A DNA stretch of 64,000 nucleotides from Octopus sinensis (lineage: Eukaryota), in assembly GCF_006345805.1 (NCBI RefSeq), contig NC_043009.1, forward strand, positions 67,890,001 to 67,954,000, in the 5' to 3' direction. A program made the translations under genes and the position numbers. Each line of letters begins with the position of its first letter. The first letter of the stretch is position 1. This document shows positions 1 through 13,812 of this stretch, one piece after another. The notes below the pieces were generated by a model. The model saw only the letters and a list, made by a program, of their open reading frames with translations. It ran no database searches and was not told where the DNA came from.

Positions 1-39
<39 letters not shown>

Positions 40-394
40 CATTATTATGTTATTGTTTATCTTGTTCTTTTGTTCTTGTTAATATCTAAAGGGAGCTTTA
101 GAATAACTTATTGAAAAATCTCGTCTTCAAGTGGAATCATTTGGAGACTTTTGAACAAATTTGCTTGACGAAAATTATTTCGAGTGTTTAAACCATTCCT
201 AACCACTTTTCAATCATATAAATAACAAGTATGCTCTATATCTACTCTACAATGAAACATGTGTGTAATATCTATCTATCTATATATATATATATATATA
301 CATATATATATCCATAAGCATATAGATGTGTATAGATAATACATATATGTGTGCGCATATACGTATATATGGTGTTATATATATACATATATAT

Positions 395-441
<47 letters not shown>

Positions 442-1304
442 ATATATATATATATATAATATATATATTATATATATCATATTTATTAACAAATGTATGC
501 CCAAGCTTATAACTATGCATTTCAATATGCATAAATTCATTGTACGATATACATATATAACTTAACATGAGCAATTTAGATATTTTCTTTCTTCTTTTTT
601 TTTTCATGATTAGGTTTCATATATTTACTTCCATCCTTTTTTATAGTCACTAAAATTTACAATAACAAATTCGTCTGCCAAATACGTGTTACAGTAACTG
701 ACAATGAGAATAGACAAAACTATCCCAACATATACGATTGTATAATATAACAAGAAAATCATAACAACTTGATGCACAGTCAACTTGTATGTGACAAATG
801 CACAGAAATATGGAAATATGTCCAATGCTGTCGATTTAAATAAGATTATACACAGTTTTGAATTTAAACAAACAAAATTCCATTTGCAAAGTAAGATGTC
901 TGAGATCGTCTGACAATTAGCAATGATGTTACATTTGCCGAATTTCGTAGAGGCGATAGATGAAGATATGGATAAGATCCCGGGCGGGGAAAGAAGTTTA
1001 ACAAAATTACAGAAAACAAAATGTTTTCTCTTTTGACAAAGTATTTAAAAAAGAAACTTTAAAATGTGTCAGAAAAGGGTTCTTTTAATTTTGTGTGTGA
1101 GTGTGTATATATATATGTGTGAGTGTATTTATTTGTTTCTCTGCGATAGGACGAGAAACAATAAGGGGTAAGGACTGGGAATAATTCTGCTGAGAATATA
1201 TAACACATGTCACAATCACGAATACAAAAGACAGACACACATACGTTCCTCACCGAAGCAGACATACACGTATACGCATGCACACACACACACAACACAC
1301 ACAC

Positions 1305-1350
<46 letters not shown>

Positions 1351-1385
1351 CATATTATATATATAATATATATATATATATTATA

Positions 1386-1430
<45 letters not shown>

Positions 1431-1431
<1 letters not shown>

Positions 1432-1545
1432 GAACAGTAGAACATAGGCTCGAAACGTCAAAAACTTCTTCCATTTTCCTGAGCGTCAAACTAATACACC
1501 TGTCCTTGTATTTCTTTGTTGGTGGTTTGTACAATTTCGAACAAT
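1431..1545 (+). mobile_element. Fragment of the PLE-like terminal repeat family within (TA)n
   Basis: TAGGCTCGAAACGTCAAA...CCTGAGCGTCAAACTAATACA matches 52450-52505; the 5' part of the HHR core is lost. Confidence 0.65.
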
Positions 1546-1569
1546 ATATATATATATAGATATAATATA

Positions 1570-1615
<46 letters not shown>

Positions 1616-1672
1616 GTATGTGTGTATGTATATATATACATGTATATGTGTATGTATATATATGTATATATA

Positions 1673-1716
<44 letters not shown>

Positions 1717-1822
1717 TGTGTGTGTGCGTATGTATGAATGTATGTATGTATGTATGTGTGGTATGTAATATATACATGTATATGTGTATGTATATATATG
1801 TATATATATGCATATATATATA

Positions 1823-1861
<39 letters not shown>

Positions 1862-2269
1862 TGTGTGTGTGCGTATGTATGAATGTATGTATGCATGTAT
1901 GTGTATGTATGTTTGTATAGAATTATGTATGCACCTATATCAGGATGGTGTTCCTCCTACGCTTATATTCACACTGCTATACAATGTTCGGTTGTATAGT
2001 TTGCATTCTTATATTTTCACTGACATAGCGTTTCGATAGGTTTAATCCAGACTACGACCCATGACTTTCATATTCCGAAGTATCATAAGTTATCCGATAC
2101 ACATATATTATATACACATATGAGATACACACATGTGTGTTTTCATGCGTGCATTTACATATATACACGCATATATATAACTATGTATATATGTTTCAAT
2201 GCATATTTATATATAATATATAGATAGATAGATAAATACATACATACATCTATATATATTATATATATC

Positions 2270-2305
<36 letters not shown>

Positions 2306-2547
2306 ATATTATATATATATATATAATATATATATATGAATGTGTATGTATATATATATATATGTTTGTGTGTGTGTGTACACACACACATTCATACATA
2401 CATATATGCATATATATATAATATATATATATATATATAATATATATATATATTATATACATATATATATATATGTGTGTGTGTGATATAAGCATAGGTG
2501 AGAATGTATATGTACACATACACACATACACATTACAAATATATATT

Positions 2548-2588
<41 letters not shown>

Positions 2589-2644
2589 TCACATTCATAC
2601 ATATATGTATATGTGTGTGTGTAGTATGTATGCATATATGTAGT

Positions 2645-2689
<45 letters not shown>

Positions 2690-3114
2690 CTTTTTACGAT
2701 ATATATAATATATATATATATAATATATATATTATATATATATATGGTACAAAGTGACAAGAATTGTTCAGGGAACTTACCGAGATGTCCGGCAAACCCA
2801 GCGTTTCGGAAATAGTCTTTTCTTCAGAGAATAATTAACAGGATTTGAAATTATAGAGACACACTAAGTTCGCTCTACTCTTTCCGTCGATTTTACTAAA
2901 TAATATATGTCCTGCTGATGCAGACCGACACCTGCCTCTTCCGAGTCTGTTTTATTATGTATATATGTTTATATCTTGTAGGATAGAAAATATAATTTCA
3001 TTGAAAAAGTTATATCACTCTATATCTTCCTGTATATTTAACAAATGGGTCATGTATATACAGACATATGTACATATTATTATAAATCACATAATATATA
3101 TTAATATGCTTTGC

Positions 3115-3179
<65 letters not shown>

Positions 3180-4095
3180 GATAACTAGGATATATCTCAG
3201 GCTGCGATGGTGGAAGGCGTTGAGATACCACTCTTGTCCGGAGTAGAGACCCAGCTCTCACTGTCGTAAAGTCGTGTACTGAGGATAGAGACTCCGTAGA
3301 CTGCAAGCCTGGTGTGTGACATCGGCCTGCTGTTCTCCCATACTCTCATTGTCAATCTAGCGAGTGTTGATTCTACTCTCTAGATCTGCCTGTTAATCAC
3401 AGACTCTATAGAGAAGCTGTTTGTGATGGCTGAGCCAAGATAAGAGAACATGTAGCCTATCTTCAGCTCGCAATTGTTAATGCTAACAGCCAGAGAGGGA
3501 TCAACAGCCTTGCCCAGCACATTAGTCTTCTTCGAGCTGAGAGTAAAACGGAAGTCCTGGCAAACTCTTCTGAAATTGTTAATAAGGTATTGCAGTTACC
3601 CCCCTGAGTGCGTTGCCAGTGTCCTATCGTTTGTAAACAATACGACTGGCGGTTACTTCACATACATTGTCTTTCGCTCTCTCGAGTAGTACAAAATAAG
3701 CAAGCTCCCACTCGATCTCGTGTGCAGTCGATACCTTCAGCTGACGTTCTACAAGGGTGCATCGGCATAATGATGAATATGATGCAGAAGTAGGTAGAAG
3801 CAGGTACACCCCTCTGCTTCCCAGCGCTGCGGATGTTAACGTCTTCTGAAAAAAAAATCGTAAAACTGAACAGAGCTCTTCATGGGTGTATGCAATGACT
3901 CACTTGTCCCAGGGAACCTCGGAAGGCAACCAGTTCTGGGGAGGATTATCTCTGCAAAACAGTCTCTTTTCACAAAGTCGAATGCCTTCATGAGGTCAAT
4001 GAAAAAAGGCACAGTGGTTGTCTTTGAACTCTACAGTTTTCGAAGTTCTCTTAAGGCAAATATCATCGCATACCGTTTTAGAGGCTTTCTGCAGT
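3180..4095 (-). mobile_element. RTE (BovB-like) LINE, decayed reverse transcriptase fragment
   Basis: Minus-strand manual translation across frameshifts and stops: MIFALRELRK, FIDLMKAFD, IRSAGKQRGVPASTYF (cf. SGVKQGCVLAPTLF), FSYLGSAIT, LARLTMRVWEN, LYDSESW, LNAFHHRSLRYIL. Abuts (TTA)n at 3115-3178. Confidence 0.9.
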
Positions 4096-5496
4096 TTGTT
4101 CAGGGCCACGGCTGATAACGTATCCAACGACTCTCTGGTTTCCTCTCGTTAATAGAGTCGCTTCTATCCCGTTTGTTTTTTGTCTTTTACTGGGTGAAAA
4201 TGTTACAGCCGCTTATGTTTTATGATGCTGCTCCTTCTGCCCAACGGCACAGTATTTCGGGTGAGTGGCTTAATAGGACGTCCTTTATTCACCTAATTCG
4301 TTATCTATTGTAACATATTCTCCAGTACTAAAGTAGCTCTTCGGCCGTAAACCTGGGTGATGCCAACCTTAGAACCTTAGAAGTGTAGAAATAACTAAAT
4401 AACAATTACTTTGACACTTGCACTTGAAATTTCTCGGTCTCCAAACTGCCGTTTTCTCAAGTCGAATTGGGATGAACGCGTCGCTCCGTGGAAATAGGCC
4501 ATGAAACAGAATGGCTAGTTACAGTAGATTTCGTTGGCTATTCTTAGAAAATCACCATTTTGCCCGTAGGGACGTAGATAATATCTGTTGCTCAAAAGAG
4601 GGAATGGAGATTGCTTGACTCGCTTTGTTTTACTTTCATGTTGAATAATATACAATTAAAGATATTTTAGTAAACTTACTTTTAAAAGATAATAATACAA
4701 TAAACATTCATTTTAAGAATCTGCTTTAAGGAATACTGAAAGTGCTTAACACACACAGACACTGGAATAGATTGGGATTTATGTGCAATACCGATGCAAC
4801 TATGAATGGATGTGCGAAACGGTGAATCGCAGCCAGTTATCGATTCCCAGTAATAGAATCAATTTTTTTCAATTGCCATATTGGAAAGGAAGAAAGAAAA
4901 CATGTTAATATAGATTGATAAAACCTTTTGTTTTTGTTTTTTTTTTAAGTAAACATAGATTTGTCTGGTCTTTTAAAATGACAGATTTTCTGGTCAATAT
5001 TTTGACAAAGACTAGATTTAAACTTGTAACTTTAGATAGAGATACCCTATTGTGTGTGTACAATATTCTAGGAACTGTAAAAGGTAAGAGATAAAGTGTA
5101 TATGCATGTGCGCGCGTGTTTGTGTGTGTGTATGTGTGTGTGTACGTTTATGTAGATGAGATAGTTGTACATGGTGAAGAAAACTTTGTAGGTTCGTTAT
5201 GAGCTATCCTTCTTAAAGGACTTCTATACGCATAGCTTTTGATTTTTGACACTTAAAACAGGACGAAGAACCAATATTGAAGAACAAGGAAAATGCACAA
5301 TTCAAAAATATAATTAGTCCAGCGCATAAGAAAAAAAGTTAAGTAGAAAAGGAGATGAAATGCAGAAAACTCTTGTATCTTTGAAACTTAATTGCACGTA
5401 GACATGACTTATTGTATGTTTGTGTATATTCATATATACCTACCTATCTACACATACATGTATAAATATACACACATATACGCACAAATACGCAGG

Positions 5497-5602
<106 letters not shown>

Positions 5603-5639
5603 CATACATACATATTTACATATTACAGTCTACTGTTTT

Positions 5640-6420
5640 GTCCCGGGTAAAATTAACTAAGCCATTCAAACTAAATGGTGGATTTTACCATATAACCTTC
5701 TTGTCTGATATTATTAGGACTAACTCTGCCTAGGTATAAATATAATTTTTTTCTGTGGAACCCCACCAATCTAACATCTCGTAGCATATCTTTGCAATGT
5801 GGTTCAATGTCTCTGGAGTTCCATTTTCTAATATTAGCCACTAAACTCACCAGAAGCGTTAGGTGTAGGTTGTTTGAAACTCATAAATATAATACATAAT
5901 TTCATTGAATTTTCTAAAGCGTTATAATGGCCAGAAATTAAATTACTGGGATTATAAGCTGCTCTTACATTAGCACGTACGGCAACTTTAAAGCCGAAAC
6001 TTTTGAACGTTGACGGCTGTTTCTATACAGATTAAATTTAATCAGCTGCCTCTGAATACCTAGTTCTATAAAATGAAATTTAGTTTGAATGTTATCTAAA
6101 ATAAATAAACCAATTAGATTACAAACCCCAGCTCCATCCAATCATCGGAAATTTCTGTAGCATTTCTTTTCACACAGGACAACTTACCAAAGAAATGAAG
6201 AAATATTCTGGCGTTCATAAAAATATCGTTATAATAGTTAGAAATAGTTTTGTACTTAGGGCAGAAATCTAATAGCGACATTCAGGGAGGTTCAGTAATA
6301 AAGGGGTAGGATTCTAAAATGTCAAATTGCGAGGTTTCACAATTGCCCTTGACATGAGTGCTATTAAACCAATTAATTACCAAAGAACTATTATTCTAGA
6401 CAAAGAGTTGGAAGCCAATA
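5640..6420 (-). mobile_element. Penelope-like element, decayed RT core
   Basis: Minus strand: QFDILESYPFITE (6291-6329), DGAGVCNLIGLFIL (starts at 6138; cf. DGAEVCELVGL), VIW*NPPFS (5670-5693; cf. IIWFNPPFS). These are in the expected PLE order. Confidence 0.8.
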
Positions 6421-6460
6421 AGCCCGTACTATGGAACATGCTAATGTTCCATAGTTTACT

Positions 6461-6672
6461 GAGGCGGTGAGCTGGTAGAATCATTAGCACACCGGATAAA
6501 ATGCATAGCGTCTTTTCGCCCGTCTCTACGTTCTGAGTTCAAATTCCGCCGAGGTCGACTTTGCCATTCATCATTTTGGGGTCGATAAAATAAGTACCAG
6601 TTGAGTACTAGGGCTGATTTCATCGACACAGCTCCTCCTCTCGAAATTATTGCCTCGTGCCAAAATTTGAAG
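6461..6672 (+). mobile_element. tRNA-derived SINE family A
   Basis: GGCGGTGAGCTGGTAGAA head; GAGTTCAAATTCC B-box; central GAGGTCGACTTTGCC...GGGGTCGATAAAATAAGTACCAG shared with many other copies. Confidence 0.9.
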
Positions 6673-8112
6673 TCAGTATCATTTAGTTTACTCGTAGCTG
6701 TGTTAATGCGCCTACATTATTTTTATAGCCTTAAAGCAATTGCAAGGGGCAGGTAACTGTTTTAAAAGTGAGAGACTAAGTGCTTATCTATTAATCATAT
6801 TTATTAAGTCTAATATGTATTTACATGTGTGTGTATGTCTGTATATATACATATACATACATATGATGTATATGCAAGTATATATGTATGTGTGTATATA
6901 TTTTATTGACTGTAAATAAATTTAAGTTTTTCTGTTACTACGCGGTATGTTATCACGCTTTTCCGCAAGATTTTCTTTTTTTATTAATATAATTATTTAG
7001 TCTATATCTTATTTAAAATTTTCAAATCTTTCTTCAGTCTGATAAATGCACTGATGCAAAAATCTTGGCCCTTGAGACGCTAATGTAATTCCTGGACTGT
7101 AAAGATTATTATATTACTAAGCGTATACACGAACGTATGAGTGAATGGCCGTATTTTCAGAACAGACGTTTTACATACGTTTTAGTCACGAAGAGCTGTG
7201 CGTAGATTACATCATTTGTTCCATGGGAAAGTTAAAATTAGATAACTAACATCATCAGTCTCTTTATTGGAATCAGTTAATTTGGATTGAAATACCAACC
7301 AACATAATTTGTTTTTCTTAAACACAGTTATTATAGATTTAAAACGATTAGGAAATGCGGCAGTATAGATTAGCTATTTGCTATTTTGAAAAATACTCTT
7401 TACATACAATCTCACTTTTATCTACCTAGGAATTCTATTTTTATTTTTACTGCCAAGTTGATTTCACTTGCGTTTCAGTCTTTCTTCTCAAACATACATA
7501 TAAGAGTGTGGGTGTGGGTAGAGTGCGCGTGCGCGCATGAATGTGTCTAAAATTAAGCACAGTAAGGTTTCGACACAGACAAAATCAGGCTTAGTAATGT
7601 GTTCCACACTCTGCTCCACTATCCATTATAGCACAAGGTGGGTCATCAACCTCGAGTTAGGCTAGTGAGCGGAATACAAGCCAAATAATAGACATAAATA
7701 ACAATAAGCAGAAAAATGTGTGTGATATTATAGCACGTACACTCGTTTCATCGATTTGCCGAAACGATTACATAGCAGTAGTAGAAACATTATGCTATCG
7801 TGCACTTCACCTCATCAGTGTTCCGCAATAAGTATAAGAATCGATGTTACAGCTCCAAATATATACACATTGTCTCCTGATATGCAAATAATCAACAATT
7901 TCGCATGTCACATAAAACAGCAGAGGACAGAAAAGGCGTCTGAATGATGCCATTCCTCCCTCACAACCAAAGCGGGAGAGGAAAGAGAGTGAAAAAGAAA
8001 GACAAGAGAAAATTAGTAAAACTATAAAAGCAACGAAGAGAAAAGTAAAAGGTCTCAGAAGCAGAAGGTCGGCTTCAGTCATAAATCAGGGAGGGCTGTC
8101 TGAAATATATAT

Positions 8113-8152
<40 letters not shown>

Positions 8153-8205
8153 TCCAGCAGAAATGGATATAAATACATATATATATATACGTATATATAT
8201 ATACG

Positions 8206-8298
<93 letters not shown>

Positions 8299-8523
8299 TA
8301 TACATATATGTATAAACACACATCCACTACAAAAGACATAAAACTACAACATACTGACTCACATACAAGCACGCATGGATATATGCTCACACATAAACAT
8401 ACACATACACACACACAAACATACACACCATATAAACATACATATGTGTGTACGCGCGCGCGTACGCATATTATGTACACAAGTATATATACACGTGCAG
8501 GTCATACAAATTAAAGCAAAGGC

Positions 8524-8560
<37 letters not shown>

Positions 8561-8695
8561 CCTACACATCCTACGCAGAACACTTTCCATACAATAACCA
8601 TCAGAGCATCACAACAAATCACAGCACATACCCAAGGCACACAGAGCTGCGCTCGGTAGTGAAGTGAAAGCACGCTATAGAAATAAAACTACTGA
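8561..8695 (+). mobile_element. Very short 5'-truncated R4/Dong-like RLE non-LTR 3' end in (TAA)n
   Basis: 8562-8597 encodes LHILRRTLSIQ* (typical GTAxILRRxL C-terminus), followed by about 100 bp of 3' UTR. (TAA)n lies on both sides. Confidence 0.65.
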
Positions 8696-8761
<66 letters not shown>

Positions 8762-9942
8762 TATGACAGCAAGTTGTCCGCTCTTACACAATTAACCGGC
8801 ACGAATGAAATCAAGAGCTCCGAGAAGTGGAAATAATGATGATAATAATAACCTTGATTTTTAAGTCTGATATAAATGATACTGAAATAGGAATATGACG
8901 AGGATAGGGTTGAAAATCGGAGGTTGACATGGAAATTCTTTGAAATAGGGGAAAGCGACAATATGTGCAATTTGAGAAGAATGGTAATTTTCATATTCAA
9001 TGTACAAGAAAATGCACAAAATCTGTTTTAAAAACTAACAAACGAACATGGTATGGGTTTTTGGGAGGGGGTGGTGTTCGGATTATTGTATTGCTTATTA
9101 CTTTGTAGATCAACAAATCTAGCCTATAATTCGAAACTAAAATATGCTCAAACAATTTAATGTACGTTTATAGATGTGTGTGTTCGTCTCCGTTCGTTTG
9201 TGTGTTTGCGTGCGTTTACGCTTCGGCGTTCTGTAATCGAATAAGATCGCACAGTCTCTCAGCGAGTGACATCATCGTCTGCAGATAGATGATGTCGTCA
9301 TCTGAGCTTTGAATACAGCGTCGGTTATGCGTTTGAATAGATACGCCATTTTCAATTGCTCAAGCAGGCAAATCACGAGATGTACAAGAAACAGTGAAAT
9401 CCACATAAATCGCAGGCGAAGTTACTATTATGATACACAAGTGTATATATATACTGTGTGTGTGTGCATGTATGTATGTAGTATTTATGTATGAATGTAT
9501 ATATGTCGAGTTACGATATAAACAATTTTACATTAAACTGAATTTCAGATTAAACTATTTGTAGAGTACATATATTTTTACAAACGTGATGATAGTGACT
9601 TCGAAGTCTCCGCCTGCTAACCTTCATTGGACAATCTAGTGAAACTAAGAAGGCCTAAACATCGAAGTAACAGTCTCCATTGTTCTTGTAAAAATATTAC
9701 GTGTGCGTATGTATATGTATGTATATATGTATGTATATATGTATATATATATGTATATATATATATGTATATATATATATGTACTAGTGTAGCCACGTGG
9801 TAAAAAATGATGACCAATAAGTTTCTTTAGAATATAATGATAATTAATCATAATTAGAATATTAAATCAATACGCTTCCTTTTCAAATACTTGTATGAGG
9901 AACTACATGCATTGAAAGTAGTTATACATACATGCATATATG

Positions 9943-9977
<35 letters not shown>

Positions 9978-10883
9978 GAATGTATGTATGTATGTATGTA
10001 TGTATGTATGTATATATATTATATACATATACATATATACATATGTGTGTATGTGTGTGCGTGTGTATGCATATACATGTGTATCTGATATAATGTGGCA
10101 ACTTTAAACGCACGTGCACACACACACACATACATACATATATATATATTATATATATATATATATATATAGATATATATATATAATATATATATGTTTG
10201 AATGTATACATCCACATGTATATGTTTACATATACATAATATTTAAATGTATGTATTGGTGAATGCATGTATATATGTATATATATACATACATGCACCT
10301 TCGTTAGTGCGGTTCTGCCTGCACACATACACGTCAATTTACAAATATTTATTCCAATATATTACATCTACCTATTTATGCAAGCTCTTGCCTTTATGCA
10401 CGCACTTGGTCCTCAAGGCACAAGTGACAAATTTAACGAACGGAATTTGCCTATAAATATATACCTCCATTCTTCGCTAACTACGTCAACATACACGTAC
10501 GTATGCACATATATTTGTGTCCGTGTACGTACATGCATGTCACTCACTGTAAATCTATATATACAGATTCAAACATACATTCATACATATATGCATATAC
10601 ATATATATATACATAATTATATATATATACATATATATATATGTATGTATCTATATATTTATATATATATATATACATATATATATACTATGTATATATT
10701 TGCACATACACTTATATACATATACATACATGTATATACATATGAATATATATATATGTGCGCATGTGCACGTGTTCCTGTTTATATATGCGAATAAATT
10801 TATACAGTGTGTTAATGTATGCATGTATACATATATATATATATGTATACATGAGCATGTAAGTATATATATATATATATATA

Positions 10884-10933
<50 letters not shown>

Positions 10934-11429
10934 AGATACATCATACACACGCACTCACACACAGACACACACTCACACACCACACACCCACACGCACACA
11001 CACGCACATATATATATAATATATATAATTATTACAGTTTGCTAATTACCAAGTATATGGATGTAAGGATTATCATAAACAGATATTGAAAACAACTCCC
11101 TACGTATAAATATAGAACACAAACTTGCTTTGAGTAGAACTCACCAACGTACACTAAACCTTCACACGCAAGGAATTATATTCAGTCGGATAGTAAATCT
11201 ACCTGGAATTTTTTTTTTTTTTTGCAATTAGTCATTATGCTCCTACATTTTTATTATTTTTGTTGTTTTTGTCGTTGTTATAGATTTTTGTTTCCTTTTT
11301 CTTTTTATCCTTGTTTCTATTCTTTAGTTTCACTTCTAATATCTCTTGAAATGCTTTGAATTGTTGGATAAACCTGGAGTATTCTTTTTCAGTGCCGAAA
11401 ATATTTAAAGCCTATTACAAAATGTGAAA

Positions 11430-11430
11430 C

Positions 11431-11469
<39 letters not shown>

Positions 11470-11538
11470 CGATGACGATGACGATGACGATGATGATGAT
11501 GATGATGATGATGATGGTGGTGATGATGATGGTGATGG

Positions 11539-11583
<45 letters not shown>
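11430..11583. repeat. Compound (GAT)n/(GAC)n/(GGT) trinucleotide microsatellite
   Basis: Direct reading. Confidence 0.95.
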
Positions 11584-11584
<1 letters not shown>

Positions 11585-11787
11585 ATATATATATATGTAT
11601 GATGTGTATATAATAACATTGGCTGCTTGTTTCACTGGGATTGGTGAGATTGATGAGAAGCTCTGAGGAGAATCCAATAAGGTCCGAAAATCAATTAGAG
11701 CTGTTCCTCATTTTTTTCAATCTATGGAGAAGTAGTGAAATTTGCCCTGTTTATGAATCTACAGCATGGGTTACGTATGTGTGTGTT

Positions 11788-11822
<35 letters not shown>

Positions 11823-11871
11823 ATACATATGTACATACATATTCACATATATGCATATTGCTATAAATGTC

Positions 11872-11916
<45 letters not shown>

Positions 11917-12155
11917 CATACATATTTATACATATACGTGTATAGACATTTCTATTCACATACACGTATACAATTCTTTTGGCACATATATGAAGATGTC
12001 TATATGTGAATATGTGCGTGTGTGGTTGTGTGTATGTTTGTGTGTCTGTATGTGAGTATATATACACATACATATATGTATGCATATATATATATATGTA
12101 TATATATAAATGCATATATATATATACATATGTATATATATAAATGTATATATAA

Positions 12156-12189
<34 letters not shown>

Positions 12190-12193
<4 letters not shown>

Positions 12194-12560
12194 AATGTGA
12201 GGATAAAATTCCTTTCGAAAAAAATATTTTCTCGAAAAATATTTTATCAATGGCCAGCATATTAAAAAATACCTTTGACGGTTAAATTTATAAACAATTC
12301 ATAAATGAGGGTATGAGTATGAGTAAGTATCTCATTTATCTATTTTGCCACATGTATCACTGACGAAGAGAGGGCTCTTAGTAGCTAACTCTGAAATCGG
12401 TCCGATATGGTAATAATGGAATTTTTTAGAAATTTCTCTCGACCTTTTTTCGAGTAGCGTGCGTATTGTGAAAAAATTATATGGTTAATGGACAATATGT
12501 CCAATTTTTCAGCATATTTGGCATTAGAATTTTTTTCCTTTGCCCTCATTTATGAATTAT
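12190..12560 (+). mobile_element. Non-coding PLE-like repeat carrying a hammerhead motif, embedded in (TA)n
   Basis: (TA)n on both sides; internal 16-bp inverted repeat AATTCATAAATGAGGG (12296-12311) / CCCTCATTTATGAATT (12543-12558); HHR at 12353-12409; a related 5' fragment at about 40380-40475 (-). Confidence 0.55.
12353..12409 (+). ncRNA. Minimal type-I hammerhead ribozyme motif
   Basis: Stem I TGTATCA/CGATATG (first pair A-C mismatched); core CTGACGA 12360-12366; stem II AGAG/CTCT plus inner GGCT/AGCT; GAAA 12393-12396; near-palindromic ATCGGT; GTC triplet ending at 12402. Confidence 0.65.
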
Positions 12561-12900
12561 ATATATATATATATATATATATAACGTAGAAGTCAAAATT
12601 AAATCAGACAAAAACGAATGTAATAGGGGGTTACACAGGTTGATGCTGTGACAATTGAAGAGAAAAAATAAAGATGCGTATGAAGAGGGGGGGAAACGAG
12701 ATAAATGCCATAAGATTTTGGTATTTTGGGGGTCAGGATTCTTCTTTTTCATCATCATAGAAAAAAAAACAAGATACAAGCGAAACAATGCTTTTCCAAA
12801 TCGCTCTGTCTCTTCTATATATATGGTGGCAGAAGGGGTGTGCGTTGCTTCCTAGGAAACCACGTGTTGCTTACGGGCTTACATGCTTGTTGTCGTTCAT

Positions 12901-13000
12901 NNNNNNNNNNNNNNNNNNNNNNNNNNNNNNNNNNNNNNNNNNNNNNNNNNNNNNNNNNNNNNNNNNNNNNNNNNNNNNNNNNNNNNNNNNNNNNNNNNNN
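12901..13000. other. Assembly gap (100 N)
   Basis: Run of n. Confidence 1.
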
Positions 13001-13394
13001 TTAGCCATAGAAGTACAGCCTTGCTAAGGACCACGTTTAGAAGAATTTGCTCGGTCACAGCGACCTCACCACTCGTTTCAATCTGCTATATATCTTACCG
13101 TTCTATATTTTATCGAATGTTTTACTTACCATCTTGAAACAACATTTGTCTTGCTTTAACCGACGGAGTCATGCGTACACAAGCATCCACCCGCCACCGC
13201 ACACACTCACACACATACCAGCACACGCATGCGCAAATACATACACATACAAATACGGTCTTTAACACATGCAGCAATATAAACATAATGTACGTTTTGT
13301 CTGAGTCAGCAGCTCTCAGTTTGGGATAGCCAAAACAAACTATTACATTCGTCTGTTATGTTCCCCCGTTCGTTAAAAATAAAGGAAACACCTA

Positions 13395-13570
13395 TGTATT
13401 CGCATAGGCCTGGGGACGGGTTTCTTACAGCTTCTGTCTACCAAATCCACTCACAAGGCTTTGGTCGGCCAGAGGGTACAGTAGAACGCATTTGCACAAG
13501 GTGCCACGCAGTGGGAATGAACATGGAACCATGTGGGTGTGGATCAAACTTCTTACCTATGGGTATACGT
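13395..13570 (-). mobile_element. SINE family B (CORE-like), 5' half, diverged
   Basis: Reverse complement of ...CCCACTGCGTGGCACCTTG...CCGACCAAAGCCTTGTGAGTGGATTTGGTAGAC, as in the young copy at 55206. Confidence 0.75.
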
Positions 13571-13602
13571 AGGACGTGTATTTACAATAAGTTTCAAAGA
13601 AA

Positions 13603-13812
13603 AGGTAGCAAGCTGGCAGAAACGTTACCATGCGGGGCAAAATGCTTGGCGGTATTTCGTCTGTCTTTACGTTCTGAGTTCAAATTCCGCCGAGGTCGAC
13701 TTTGCCTTTCATCCTTTCGGGGTCGATAAATTAAGTACCAGTTGCGTACTGGGGTCGATCTAATTGACTGGCCCTCTCTCTAAAAATTTCGGGCCTTGTG
13801 CCTAGAGTAGAA
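13603..13812 (+). mobile_element. SINE family A
   Basis: Head, B-box and GAGGTCGACTTTGCCTTTCATCCTTTCGGGGTCGATAAATTAAGTACCAG; tail GGCCTTGTGCCTAGAGTAGAAA. Confidence 0.9.

Noticed and set aside
625-1045. ~140-codon stop-free hydrophobic frame on the minus strand
   Set aside because: No ATG, no recognisable domain, and no convincing splice sites; AT-rich composition explains the hydrophobicity.
2800-2830. Minus-strand CTGAAGA...CCGAAACGC, HHR-like
   Set aside because: Stem II does not pair and there is no NUH with a stem I; at best a decayed PLE terminus.
7917-8110. Lys/Arg/Glu-rich open frame on the plus strand (and antisense ORF 7807-8082)
   Set aside because: Purine-rich low complexity, no start or splice support, no known motif.
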